Below, piece after piece: positions 1 to 10,478 of a stretch of DNA of 64,000 nt (position 1 is its first letter; every line of letters starts with the position of its first letter). Source of the stretch: an uncultured Acidobacteriota bacterium. GTDB lineage: Bacteria > Acidobacteriota > UBA6911. The notes beneath the pieces are model-generated. The model ran no database searches. It was not told the DNA's origin and saw only the letters and a list, made by a program, of their open reading frames with translations. The position numbers and the translations under genes were made by a program. Location of the stretch: positions 352,001-416,000 of the forward strand of contig CAWJKZ010000010.1 in the NCBI GenBank assembly GCA_963843575.1, written 5' to 3'.

Positions 1-472
1 CGCGCTCTTCTTCAAGGAGCAGAGCCTCCTCCGGGGACCTTCCCCCCGCTTCCAGGGTGTCGGAAAGCGCCCGAGTGTGTTCCGAGCTCAAGACATCGAG
101 CGAGACCGTGCCACGGCGCCGCAGCCGGTTCCACCAGCGGCACCGATTCGAGGCCCGGTTGACGGCGATACGGTAGATCCAGGTCTTCAGCGAGGCCTCG
201 CCCCGGAATCGGGGCAGTTTCCGGTACACCGTCAAAAACACTTCCTGGGACACATCCAAGGCCTCTTCACGATCACCCAAAACCCGATAGGTCAGATGAA
301 ACACCATCGAGTGATATCGCTCGAACAAATCGTCAAACTCCACCCTGACTTCCGGGCGCGTTCGCTCGGATACGGATACCTGATCCGCCGAAGCGCTCTC
401 ACCCTGGAAGTTTCCCAGAGCCAACTCATCCGGAAACATAGGTTTTCGCGCCAACCCGTTCGCAGCACCCAT
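1..472 (-). CDS. ECF (sigma-70 group 4, RpoE-like) RNA polymerase sigma factor, 3' end outside window
   Basis: Absent from the ORF track. Manual minus-strand translation gives ...FDDLFERYHSMVFHLTYRVLGDREEALDVSQEVFLTVYRKLPRFRGEASLKTWIYRIAVN..., a typical ECF region 2. Start is ATG 472 (alternative 439). Confidence 0.9.
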   Translation of the reverse strand, partial: MGAANGLARKPMFPDELALGNFQGESASADQVSVSERTRPEVRVEFDDLFERYHSMVFHLTYRVLGDREEALDVSQEVFLTVYRKLPRFRGEASLKTWIYRIAVNRASNRCRWWNRLRRRGTVSLDVLSSEHTRALSDTLEAGGRSPEEALLLEEER

Positions 473-504
473 AGTCTGCCTATCGGGATGTGTCCTTGCT
501 TGTG

Positions 505-532
505 TTAGACATCTTGAACCCGGGAAAGTTCC
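505..532 (-). promoter_or_regulatory. RpoE-type ECF promoter upstream of the sigma gene (candidate autoregulation)
   Basis: Minus strand reads GGAACT-N16-GTCTAA, 33 nt upstream of the sigma start, matching the sigmaE-type -35/-10 consensus. Confidence 0.7.
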
Positions 533-564
533 GATTCTGCTCGAAATCCGGTGATTTTCCTTCA

Positions 565-894
565 TTACCGGATCCGCAGCGCTCCCGCGTCCTCTTTCAG
601 CAACTTATTGAACTCCAAAACACTCAATTCCTGCACCTTCTCCAACTGCTGGGAAAGCGCGAAGAGCCTCTCGAGTCTGGGCGGGCCGTCGGGAACAGCC
701 GCGAGCCAGACGTCGAAGCACGATCGGACCTCCGTTGGTTCCACCTTGCCGGCTGTCTTTTGAACGAGGGTTTCTTCCACAACGTACGCGACCAGCGCGG
801 GAGAGTGGCGGTGTAGCTCGGCGTAGCTTGCGAGTGCGAGAGTCGCCAGCAACCCCAGAACCAACAGGCGCTTGTTCAACACCATCCTCTTCAA
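565..894 (-). CDS. Small hypothetical exported or membrane-anchored protein
   Basis: 109 aa ORF with a basic N-terminus followed by a hydrophobic stretch (KRLLVLGLLATLALASYA). Confidence 0.55.
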   Translation of the reverse strand: MKRMVLNKRLLVLGLLATLALASYAELHRHSPALVAYVVEETLVQKTAGKVEPTEVRSCFDVWLAAVPDGPPRLERLFALSQQLEKVQELSVLEFNKLLKEDAGALRIR

Positions 895-1060
895 GATATT
901 TTACAGCGGAGCGACCACTGTTACATCAGAATCGAGTATATCAAAATCGGGCCCGGAAGCGACTGTGCTATAATCGACCCGCACTCGAGAAAAAATGGCG
1001 GGAGGGGTTTGGCAGCCGGCCAGCCGTGCCATACTCCGACGGTGCATGAGAAGTTAGCCG

Positions 1061-2149
1061 ATGACAGCCGCAAGACTCTGCCCAAATTGCAGTAACAGCC
1101 AGATCGAGGACGCGGGCAACTGCCCCGCGTGCGGTTTTCAGGCGCCTTCCGAAGCCGTTCCGCCCGAAACGCCGGAACCGCCCGAGCACAAGGCGATCGC
1201 GGGACTGATCGAGATGGACTACTCGGTTGCGGAGGACGTCAAGGCGGAGATCCCGCCCTGGCGCGTCGAGTTGTCCAAGCGGCTTCAGGAAATCAAGAAC
1301 AAAAGGGAATCGGCGCCCGCGGCGGCCCAGGCCACGGATCCGGAGGGCGCAACACTGCCGTCGGCGCCTTCGGCCCCGCAGCAGCTCGACGGCAGCAGGA
1401 ACGGAGAGGCGGAGCCTGCACCTTCCCGGGCCCAGGCGCTTCCCGAGAGGAAATCCCGGCGGATGCCCCGCACGCCCAGGCCGGTCCCCAAACTGGATGC
1501 ACCGCGGTCGGAGCCACCGGAGCAGCCGTTGCCCCTGTTTCGACCCTCCCCTCCAAATCCCGTTGTCGGGAAACCGCCTTCCGGGGAGTCGCAGACGCCC
1601 CCGGCGCAGGCCGACGCGATCCAGGACATGATCGACCGGGCTGTGGCGCGGCAGACTTCACCCTCGGCTGCGGAGGATGTCCGCCCGGTTTTCCAGGGGT
1701 CGGCCTCACTGGTTTCGACGGCCGCGGCCGCTCCGTCGCGCTGGGTACTCCTGTCGCGCACCCTGGCAGGTCTGGTGGACCTCATCATCACCGTCTTTTG
1801 CACTGCGGCGATGATCATCGCCGCCGACGCGTTTGCCGGCGTCGAGATACTGGACGCCTTCAGCTTGGTCGACTATGGCGCGCTTCTGGTCGCCACGTTC
1901 CTGATCTACTCGGTGTTCTTCCTCATCACCGCCAACCAGACCATCGGGATGATGATCACCGACCTGCGTGTCGTCGACGAAGCCGAGGGGAGGCCCGAGG
2001 CACGGCAGATCCTGCTGCGCTGCGGGTTTTACCTTCTGTCGCTGGCTGCCGCGGGCCTCGGGCTTCTCTGGGGGTGCTTCGACCGCCAGGCAAAGTGCCT
2101 CCACGACCGGCTCTCAGGCACGAAAGTCGTTCGTCTTGCCATCTCGTGA
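1061..2149 (+). CDS. RDD family membrane protein with N-terminal zinc ribbon and Pro-rich linker
   Basis: N-terminal CPNC...CPACG; C-terminal RTLAGLVD...QTIGMMITDLRVV...LHDRLSGTKVV (RDD signature). Confidence 0.85.
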   Translation: MTAARLCPNCSNSQIEDAGNCPACGFQAPSEAVPPETPEPPEHKAIAGLIEMDYSVAEDVKAEIPPWRVELSKRLQEIKNKRESAPAAAQATDPEGATLPSAPSAPQQLDGSRNGEAEPAPSRAQALPERKSRRMPRTPRPVPKLDAPRSEPPEQPLPLFRPSPPNPVVGKPPSGESQTPPAQADAIQDMIDRAVARQTSPSAAEDVRPVFQGSASLVSTAAAAPSRWVLLSRTLAGLVDLIITVFCTAAMIIAADAFAGVEILDAFSLVDYGALLVATFLIYSVFFLITANQTIGMMITDLRVVDEAEGRPEARQILLRCGFYLLSLAAAGLGLLWGCFDRQAKCLHDRLSGTKVVRLAIS

Positions 2150-2153
2150 CTGC

Positions 2154-3442
2154 TCAGAACCCCCTGACGCTCGCAGCCAGGGACTCCGGCAGCCGGTTGA
2201 TTAACCGCACCGTGCCGCCGCTTTTTTCCACCGCGCAGTACTCGCCCGCATCGACCAGCGCGAAGGCGTCGGGGAGTTCCTTGACCACCGGCGCCTTCGG
2301 GTGGCGCAGCCGTAGCCACTCTCTCGCGGCGGACTGAAATTCCGCCGCATCTTCCGGCGAATCCCAGACGGTGCGACAGAAAGGCCGCGCTCTTGCCGGT
2401 GCCGTCCTCGACGAGTTGGATTTCGTCGCCGTCCCAACCTGCGGAGGCCGCCCGCGCCCGATCGTCGGAGAGCTGGAGCTTAAGGAAGCAGATAGAGCGA
2501 GAATTCGCCCAGAACATTCTTGTAGGTCGTCTTCCAGGTTCCACCCAATGCCGCGGAGGGATCCGGACCGGTCAGGAGTCTGGGGATCGTCCCGGGAGGA
2601 CAGGTACTTGTCCGGGTGAATGATCTGCTCGGTCGAGGACGGCAGGTCGGAGTAGATCTTGTCGACGGCGCTCCAGGGCTGCGAGCGTACGGACCTTCTG
2701 CAGGAACGAGGAGCCGTAGCCGTAAGGGAAAAGAAGCGTTTCCTTCAGGTACATCGGCGCATTCTTGAAGACTTCGAACTCCGAATCCATCGCCGCAAAT
2801 TGCGACCGCATGGCCGTGACCAGGTCGGGCAACTGCGAGAAATTCCGTCCCAGCGGGCTCGAGCATGGAATCCATCATCACCGCCATGGCGTCCCCTTCG
2901 AAGATCGCCTGGTGGGCCAGTATGCTGTCGTCGTCTTGCTTCTTCAGGTCCTGTCTTGATCACCGCGTTCAGGTCGAAAGTATTGATCCTGCAGGGCGTG
3001 CGTCAGTTCGTGGACCATCACGGGCCGCTGCTGTTCGATCGGCAGCCAGCCCGCAATGAAGAACGTCTTCCGGTCCGGGTCGTAATAGCCGCCCACCTGC
3101 TCGGTCAGCAGTTTCATCACGAGGTCCCGGTAGTCGCTCTCGTCCGGGATCAGGCCGAGCGACTTGAGCATTCGACCTTCGACCTGCAGCTGCTGTTCGC
3201 CGTAGTTCTCCCGCACGTGCCGGTTCAGGTATTCGGAGATTTCCGCGCGGCTCTTGACCCCTTTCTGTATCGGCTGCTTCGGACTCAGGCCGCGCAGCCG
3301 GGCGACCTGCTCGATGATGGCGTCGGCGGTCTTCAGCAGCGTCCGAAGGGGGCTCCTGCGGAAGCGCCCAAACCCCAGACACACAGAGCGCAGCGGCGAA
3401 GCGGAAACAACAGGCGAACATCCGATACTTCCACTTGCACAC
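2154..3442 (-). CDS. Secreted putative zinc metallopeptidase-like protein (HExxH), frameshifted in this sequence
   Basis: Fragments in several frames join into one protein: signal peptide, EQVGGYYDP, VMVHELTHALQDQYF, LLFPYGYG, AGWDGD. Confidence 0.7.
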
Positions 3443-3749
3443 GGGACCTGCTTTCTGCGATGCCGGGGTCAGGTCCTGATGACCGTCTCATCCTGCCGAT
3501 ACAGGGAGCCGGGCTTACCGCCGAGAGTCGTCGGCCGACGGCCTCAAACTCCGGCGCTGCCAGTGTAGTGTCTCGCGGAGGAGCCGTCAATGGCCCGCCC
3601 GCCAATCCCGCCTGCAGGAAAGGGCCAAATATCAACATTGCAATTGTTTGCACACGATCTTGCCCGAGTCCGGACGGCCATTGATTTTCAACTGTACGGG
3701 ATGCTAGAGTGATTGGCCTGCAATTTGCACCGGGGGATACGAAACGACG

Positions 3750-4103
3750 ATGGACGTTATCATTCCTTTGATCGCGATGGCTATCCTGGTCGGCGGAATC
3801 GCCGCCGCATTCATCGCCGCATCTGCGTTCCTGGGACCGAGGAAGCGCGGCGCGGTCAAGGACAGCCCTTTCGAGTGCGGGATACCCTCGGAGGGTCTCG
3901 ATCGCAAACCGGTTCCGGTGCGGTTCTACATGATGGCGTTGCTTTTTATCCTGTTCGACGTCGAGCTGGCGTTCCTGTTCCCATGGGCGGTGGTGTTCAG
4001 GGACCTCGGCTGGTCCGGCCTTATTCAAATGCTGGTCTTTTTTGTGGTTGTGGGTGTGGGATTCGTCTACGCATGGAAGATCGGCGCACTGGAATGGGAC
4101 TAG
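3750..4103 (+). CDS. nuoA: NADH-quinone oxidoreductase subunit A
   Basis: PFECG, FYMMALLFILFDVE, WKIGALEWD. Confidence 0.95.
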   Translation: MDVIIPLIAMAILVGGIAAAFIAASAFLGPRKRGAVKDSPFECGIPSEGLDRKPVPVRFYMMALLFILFDVELAFLFPWAVVFRDLGWSGLIQMLVFFVVVGVGFVYAWKIGALEWD

Positions 4104-4605
4104 AAACCGGCTCCGAACAGACGCTGCGCTGCCTCGCAAGACGCTCGAGTTGTTGCGCACGGACTTTGCCGGCGGTGTCGTGGAGTTGTCGGCGCCGCAG
4201 GGCGACGACACGGCGATCGTGCTGCCGGGGACACTGGTGGGCGTCATGGAGTTCCTGGCCCACGATCCCAGGCTGCAGTTTGACGTCCTCATGGACCTGA
4301 CCGCAGTGGACTACCTGGGCCGCAAACCCAGGTTCGACCTCGTCTATCACCTGGTCTCCACCGCCAATCGGCTCCGGCTGCGGGTCAAGGTGCGGGTCGA
4401 GGACGGAGAAGCCGTGGACTCGCTCGTCCCGATCTGGCGTTCGGCCAACTGGCTCGAGCGCGAGGTCTGGGACATGTACGGCATCAGGTTTACGGGGCAC
4501 CCCGATCTCAAGCGCATCCTGCTGTACGAAGAGTTCCAGGGGCACCCGCTGCGCAAGGACTATCCGATTCGCAAGCGCCAGCCTCTGATCGGGCCGAAAA
4601 ACTGA
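4094..4605 (+). CDS. nuoC: NADH-quinone oxidoreductase subunit C (5' end probably contains an indel)
   Basis: DLTAVDY, ANWLEREVWDMYGIRFTGHPDLKRIL, GHPLRKDYP. Probable ATG at 4094 overlapping the nuoA end. Confidence 0.92.
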
Positions 4606-4612
4606 GGTCGCC

Positions 4613-6226
4613 GTGTCTGAGAAAGAATTGGTCACCCTGACGATCGACGGGCAAACCGTCCGCGCGCCAAAGGGCACGTCGATCATAGATGCGGCCAAGG
4701 CCTCCGGAATCGAGATCCCGTATTACTGCTATCACCCCGGCCTCTCGGTGGTGGGCAACTGCCGGATGTGCCTGGTCGAGATCGAGAAGAACCCCAAACT
4801 ACAGCCGTCGTGCGCCACGCCTGTGGGCGAAGGGATGGTGGTGCGCACCAGGACTCCCGAAACGCTGCGCAACCGGCAAACCGTGCTGGAGTTTCTGCTC
4901 TTGAACCACCCGCTCGACTGCCCGGTGTGCGACCAGGCAGGCGAGTGCGAGCTGCAGAACTACTACATGGACCACGGCGCCTACGACCCGCGGTTCAACG
5001 AGAACAAGACTAAGCGAAAGAAAGCGTTCCCTATCGGTCCCCACGTGATGCTCGATCAGGAGCGCTGCATCCTGTGCACGCGCTGCGTCCGTTTCACGCG
5101 GGAGATCTCGAAGACCGGCGAGTTGGCCGTCCACGACCGCGGCCATCTCAGCGAAATCGACATTTTCCCCGGAGCGGAGCTCGCCAATCCCTACTCGGGC
5201 AACGTGGTCGATATCTGCCCGGTCGGCGCGCTGACCGACCGCGATTTCCGGTTTCAGTGCCGCGTCTGGTTTCTCGGCCGCACCCCGTCGGTCTGTCCCG
5301 GTTGCAGCCGGGGCTGCACTATCGAGATCCACTACAACGAGCGGTTCAACCCGCGCTACCACGACAAGCGGGTGCAGAGGCTGAAGCCGCGCCACAATCC
5401 CGACGTGAACGGCTTCTGGATGTGCGACGAGGGAAGATACTCCTATCACTCTATCGATGCCTCCACGCGTCTGAAGGCTCCCCGGTTGAAGCGCGGGGAG
5501 GAATGGCAGGAGGTGCCATGGGATCAGGCGATCCGCGCGGCGGCAGGAGCGCTCTCCAGCGCCCTGGAAGCCGGGGGACCGGACTCGGTCGCGGTGCTTG
5601 CGTCGCCCCAGATGACCAACGAGGAACTTTATCGATTGCGGCACCTCTTTGCGGGCTCGTTGGGCGTCAGGCGCATCGGGTTCCGCGCCCCCTCACGTGT
5701 CCCGGTCTATTCGGATGATTTCCTGATCACGGCGGACAAGAATCCGAACACGCGCGGCGCCGAGGCGCTTGGGCTGGACGGAGACAGCGCCGAGCAGGTG
5801 CTTGTCGCCTGCGCCGAGGGGAAGATCCGCTTCCTGTACGTCTGCCACCACGACCTTACCCTGGGCTTCGATCCCGGTGCGGTCGCGGAGGCGCTGGGGC
5901 GCGTCGGGTTTGTCGCCTTCCAGGGCCCGCACGGGCAGGCGACGGCCGCCATGGCGCAAGTGCAGTTCCCCGCGGCCGTCTACGCGGAGATCGAGGGCAC
6001 GTTCACGAACGTCCAGGGGCGCGTGCAGCGTATCAGCGCGGCCGTCCCGCCGCTCGGCGAGTCTCTGCCCGGTCTTGAAATCCTCGCCCGTCTGGCGGGG
6101 GAACTCGGCATTTCCCTTCCAGGCACCGGGGCGCGGGATGTCTTCGAGGAAATCGGCAAAGAAATCGGGGCCTTTGCGGGAATGACGTACGAGTCCCTGG
6201 GCGAAACCGGCCGGATGCTTGGATAA
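4613..6226 (+). CDS. nuoG: NADH-quinone oxidoreductase subunit G (short form)
   Basis: Fe-S motifs CYHP..GNCRMC, HPLDCPVCDQAGEC, CILCTRC..DICPVGAL, CPGCSRGC; C-terminal EGTFTNVQGRVQ. Confidence 0.9.
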   Translation: MSEKELVTLTIDGQTVRAPKGTSIIDAAKASGIEIPYYCYHPGLSVVGNCRMCLVEIEKNPKLQPSCATPVGEGMVVRTRTPETLRNRQTVLEFLLLNHPLDCPVCDQAGECELQNYYMDHGAYDPRFNENKTKRKKAFPIGPHVMLDQERCILCTRCVRFTREISKTGELAVHDRGHLSEIDIFPGAELANPYSGNVVDICPVGALTDRDFRFQCRVWFLGRTPSVCPGCSRGCTIEIHYNERFNPRYHDKRVQRLKPRHNPDVNGFWMCDEGRYSYHSIDASTRLKAPRLKRGEEWQEVPWDQAIRAAAGALSSALEAGGPDSVAVLASPQMTNEELYRLRHLFAGSLGVRRIGFRAPSRVPVYSDDFLITADKNPNTRGAEALGLDGDSAEQVLVACAEGKIRFLYVCHHDLTLGFDPGAVAEALGRVGFVAFQGPHGQATAAMAQVQFPAAVYAEIEGTFTNVQGRVQRISAAVPPLGESLPGLEILARLAGELGISLPGTGARDVFEEIGKEIGAFAGMTYESLGETGRMLG

Positions 6227-6238
6227 AGCGACGATACC

Positions 6239-7324
6239 ATGTGGATCGACCTGCTGATCGCGTTCGTCAAAGCCTTCGTTTTCGTCAACTGCGTCCTGAT
6301 CCTGACCTCGCTGCTCACCTGGATGGAGCGCAAACAGTCGGCGGTTATGCAGGATCGGCTCGGCGCCAACCGGGCGTCTATCCTGGGTGTGCGCGCCTGG
6401 GGCCTGCCGCACATTCTTGCCGACGCCCTGAAGATGTTCTTCAAGGAAGACTACGTCCCGCCCGGGGGCGACAGGCTGCTCCACACGCTCGCGCCGTTCA
6501 CCGCGCTGTTCTTCGCCCTGATGAGCTTCGCAGCGATTCCCTTCGGGGACGCCATAAACCTGTTCGGCAGGAGAATCGAGCTGCAGGTGCTCCCGCTGAA
6601 CGTAGGCGTGCTGTTCGTGCTCGCGATGATGTCGATGGGGATCTACGGGACGTTTCTCGCAGGCTTCTCCTCCAACAACAAGTACGCGTTCCTGGGCGGG
6701 CTGCGCGCGTCGAGCCAGATGATCAGCTACGAGATCACCATGGGGGCGACCCTGGTCGGGCGTTCTGATGATCTTCGGCACGCTCGATCTGGCCCAGCTC
6801 AACCGCGCGCAGGGAGAGTTGCTCTGGGGCTGGCTGCCCAAGTGGGGGATCTTCCTACAGCCGCTAGGGTTCCTGCTCTTCCTCACCGCAGGCATGGCGG
6901 AAACTAAACGGGTTCCGTTCGACCTGCCCGAAGGGGAATCGGAGATCATCGGCTATTTCCTCGAGTACAGCAGCATGAAGTTCGGGGCGTTTTTCATGAC
7001 CGATTTCGTGGAGACGATCCTGATCGCGGCCCTGATCGCCACGCTGTTTTTCGGCGGCTGGCAGGTCCCCTACCTGCAGTCCGGACGGCTTCCATTTCCC
7101 GTGGGGTCGCGATCGCAGCCGTCGCTCCGCTGCTGGTGATGCTCCTGCAGGTGGCCGCGTTTGCCCTGAAGGTCGTCTTCTTCTGCTGGTTCCTCCTGCT
7201 GATCCGTTGGACACTGCCGCGCTTCCGTTACGACCAGCTGATGCGCCTGGGCTGGAAGATCCTGCTGCCGCTCTCGATCGCGAACATTTTCGTGACCGGC
7301 TTTGTCCTCGTCCTATTGAATTGA
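6239..7324 (+). CDS. nuoH: NADH-quinone oxidoreductase subunit H (about two frameshifts)
   Basis: [68 protein letters not shown], spread across ORFs 6239, 6768 and 7136. Confidence 0.92.
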
Positions 7325-7398
7325 GGTGAGCGACGCCACCCTGACCCGCGGGCGCTGCTCCGCGTTCCCGGCTCCTCACGGCTTCGGGGAGCAACGCC

Positions 7399-10300
7399 TC
7401 ACTTCGCCAGCACTTCGAAGCTCCCCCTGAGCCGTATATCCTTCGATGAATGTCCGATCAGCACATCGAAGGTTCCCGGTTCGACCACCCACTTGAGCCC
7501 ACGGTCGAGCACCGCCAGTTCCTCGGGCCCGAGTGTAAAGCGGACGGTGCGCGATCTCCCCCGGGGCGAGGGAGATCCGTTCGAAGCCTCTCAACTGGAG
7601 CACCGGCGTCGTCACCGACGCGATCACGTCGCGCACGTAGAGCTGGACGACTTCGTCGCCCCGGACCTTCCCGGTGTTGCGCACGTCCAGCCGTACGGAC
7701 GTCGTTTCCGTCCGGGCCAATCGTCCGGTCGTCGATCGCGAGGTTGCTGTAAACGAAATCGGTGTAGCTCAGGCCATGTCCGAATTCGTACAGCGGTTCG
7801 GGGTTCAGGTCGGCGTACGGCTTGCCCCAGGCGTGCTGCAGCCAGTAGGCCTTCGAAGGCTTGTAGTTGTAGTAGAACGGATACTGACCGACGTGGCGCG
7901 GGATCGTGATCGGCAGCCGGCCGCCGGGGTTGTAGTCGCCGAACAGGACGTCGGCGACGGCCTCGCCCGCCGCGTTCGCCGCACATCCAGGGCTCGAGGA
8001 TCGCGGGGATCTTCTCGGCGATCCAGCGGATTGCCAGCGGCCTGCCGTTGAGCAGGACCACGACGGTCGGGGTTCCGGTCCCGTACACGGCTTTGACGAG
8101 ATCCTCCTGCATCCCGGTCAACTCGAGCGTGGCGACGTCGTAACCTTCGCCGTCGGTCCCCTGTTTCTGAGGCCGGTTCCATTCGTTTTCGCCCAGGACG
8201 ACGATGGCGACCTCCGCACTCTTCGCGGCGGCGCGGGCCTGCGCGATCTCGTCCAGGCCGGTGCCGACCACGTCGCACCCCCGCACGTGGGTGACCTTGG
8301 CGCCGGCGGACCTTGGCCCGGATCCCGTCGAGGACGGTCACGATTTTCTGCAGGATGGCCTGCGAGGTGTAGTCGCCGAGCTGGTTGCGGGCGTCGTCCG
8401 CGTTGGGGCCTATGACCGCGATCGATTTCAGGTTCTTGCGCAGGGGCAGGAGCTTCCCGTCGTTCTTGAGCAGCACGATTCCTTCGCGGGCCGCCCGCAG
8501 GGCCAGATCGGCGTGGGCCGGGGCGTGCACCGTCCGGGCGGCGGCTTCGGGGTTCACGTAGGGGTTGTCGAACAGCCCGAGCCGGATTTCTGCGTCAGGA
8601 TCCGGCGGACGGCGCGGTCGACCAGGTCCATCGGGACATTCCCTTCCCTGACGTTGTCTGCCAGCAGCTGCATGAAAGCCTTCTCGTAGGAAATCCCGAC
8701 GTCGAGCCCCGCCTTGAGTGCGAGCGCGCCGGCGACCTTTTCGTTGGCGGCGATCCCCTCGTAGAGCAGGGTCGACAGCCCGCCCCCTTCGCTGAGCACG
8801 AGTCCCTGGAAGCCGAGTTCCTCGCGCAGGATTCGGGTCAGGATCTCCTCGGAGCCGTGCACGGGAACGCCGTCGATGGCCGGATAGGTGGCCATGACGC
8901 CCAGCCCGTCGCCCTTTGCGGATCCCGGCGACCCACGGGGGGAGGAACACCTCGCGCAGCATTCGGGGCGAGATTTCCATAGCGCCCCGTTCGAGGCCGC
9001 TCGTCGGCTGGCTCTGACCCGGGTAGTGGCAGAACCCGGCGACCGCCTTGTCGGGCGCACGTACGTCGTCGCCCTGAACACCGGCGGCAATGGCGTCCGG
9101 CGATGCGGGCGCACAGGAACGGGTCTTCGCTGTAGCCTTCCTGGTTGCGCCCCAGCCTCGGGTCGCGGTTCGGCTCGATCACGAGGGTAAACAGCTGGTG
9201 GATGCCGACCGCACGCGCTTCCCTGGCGGCGACGGCGTAGACCTCCTCGAGCAGCGCGGGATCCCAGGTGCTGCCGAGCGCCAGGCCCTCCGGGAAGATG
9301 GTCGCGCCGGAGCACATAAGCCCGTGCGTCCCCTCCTCCGTCTGGAGGAGCGGGATCTTCAGGCGGGTCTTTTCAAGGGCGATCTTCTGGAGGGAGTTGA
9401 AATACTCGGCCTGCTGCCGGGGGCCCTCGAGGAGGATCGTGTTGGCGAGGGTGAAAAAACCTCCCCCGGGCCCGACGCCCGGTTCGTACGTCCCCTCGGC
9501 GAATCTCCTGCACGCTTCGGTCTTGTCCGCGAGGTCCTTGCCGAGCCGCTCTTCATAGACGCACGGCATGTTCATCTGGCCGATTTTTTCCTCCAGCGTC
9601 ATCTGTTGCAGCAGGCGCTCGATTGCCGGATCCGCGGCGGCACCGGCGGCCTCGCCGCGCTCCCGGGCGATGTGTGCGGCCACGGCGTGAAACGTGTCGA
9701 TCCAGAGGCCGTGCGCCGGATCCTGTGCGTAGCGACACAGCTCACGGAGCATGGAGAGCTGCGTCGTCTGGCGCTGATCGGAGTCGCCGATCTCGTGGCC
9801 GGCCAGCACCAGCCAGGAGCCGCGTTCCACCGCCTCGTCCAGGAGCCCGCGGACCCGGTCGAAGCCCTTGTTGTCGCTTTCCACGGCGAGCACCTGGGCG
9901 AGGTCGCAGAATGACGGGTCGTTGGAGGCCTCGTCCAGCCACCCACGCCCGGCCAAAAACAGCTCGGCGACCAGCGGGACGTAGCTCTGCAGGCTCTTTC
10001 CCCGGCCCGTGAATTTTTGGCCGCAGGGATAGGCGAAGGTGGCCGGCACGATCCCGACGAGCTGCTGCACGGCGGCGTTGGCCTGCACGAGCTCGGCGCG
10101 CATCCGCTCCGGCGTGAAATCCTCCAGGGCCCGATCCCTCGACCACGGGAAATTTCCGCTGCACGGGTGAGTCATGGAATGGTTGGCGATCTCGTGACCG
10201 GCCGCGGCGGCGCGCTTCCAGGCGTCCACCCTCTCGCCCATGCTCGAGGGCGACACGAAGAACGTGGCCTTCACGCCGAACTGGTCCAACAACGGCACAC

Positions 10301-10478
10301 CCGCGTCGACCTGGCTCCGCCGGGCGTCGTCGAACGTCAGGGTGACCGCGGCCCGCTTCCCCTGGGGCCAGCGAAACTTCGCGCCGGCAGGCGCACTCGA
10401 TTCGTACTGCCCCGCCCCGTTTATCGAAAGGAAGACCGTCAGTGCTGCCGCTGCGGAGAATGCCTTGAGCGATGTCAT
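7399..10478 (-). CDS. Secreted polysaccharide deacetylase (CE4/NodB)-glycoside hydrolase family 3 fusion, frameshifted in GH3 part
   Basis: Signal peptide, TFDD and HEIANHSMTH (NodB), then in-frame MTLEEKIGQM, EEGTHG, RDPRLGRNQEGYSEDP. Later fragments give GIVLLKNDG, IAVIGPNA, GEGYD and an Fn3-like GDEVVQLYVRD..LRGFERI. Confidence 0.85.

Noticed and set aside
3630-3700. Rex or FNR site upstream of nuoA
   Set aside because: The stretch is AT-rich, but neither TTGTGAA-N4-TTCACAA nor TTGAT-N4-ATCAA is matched convincingly.
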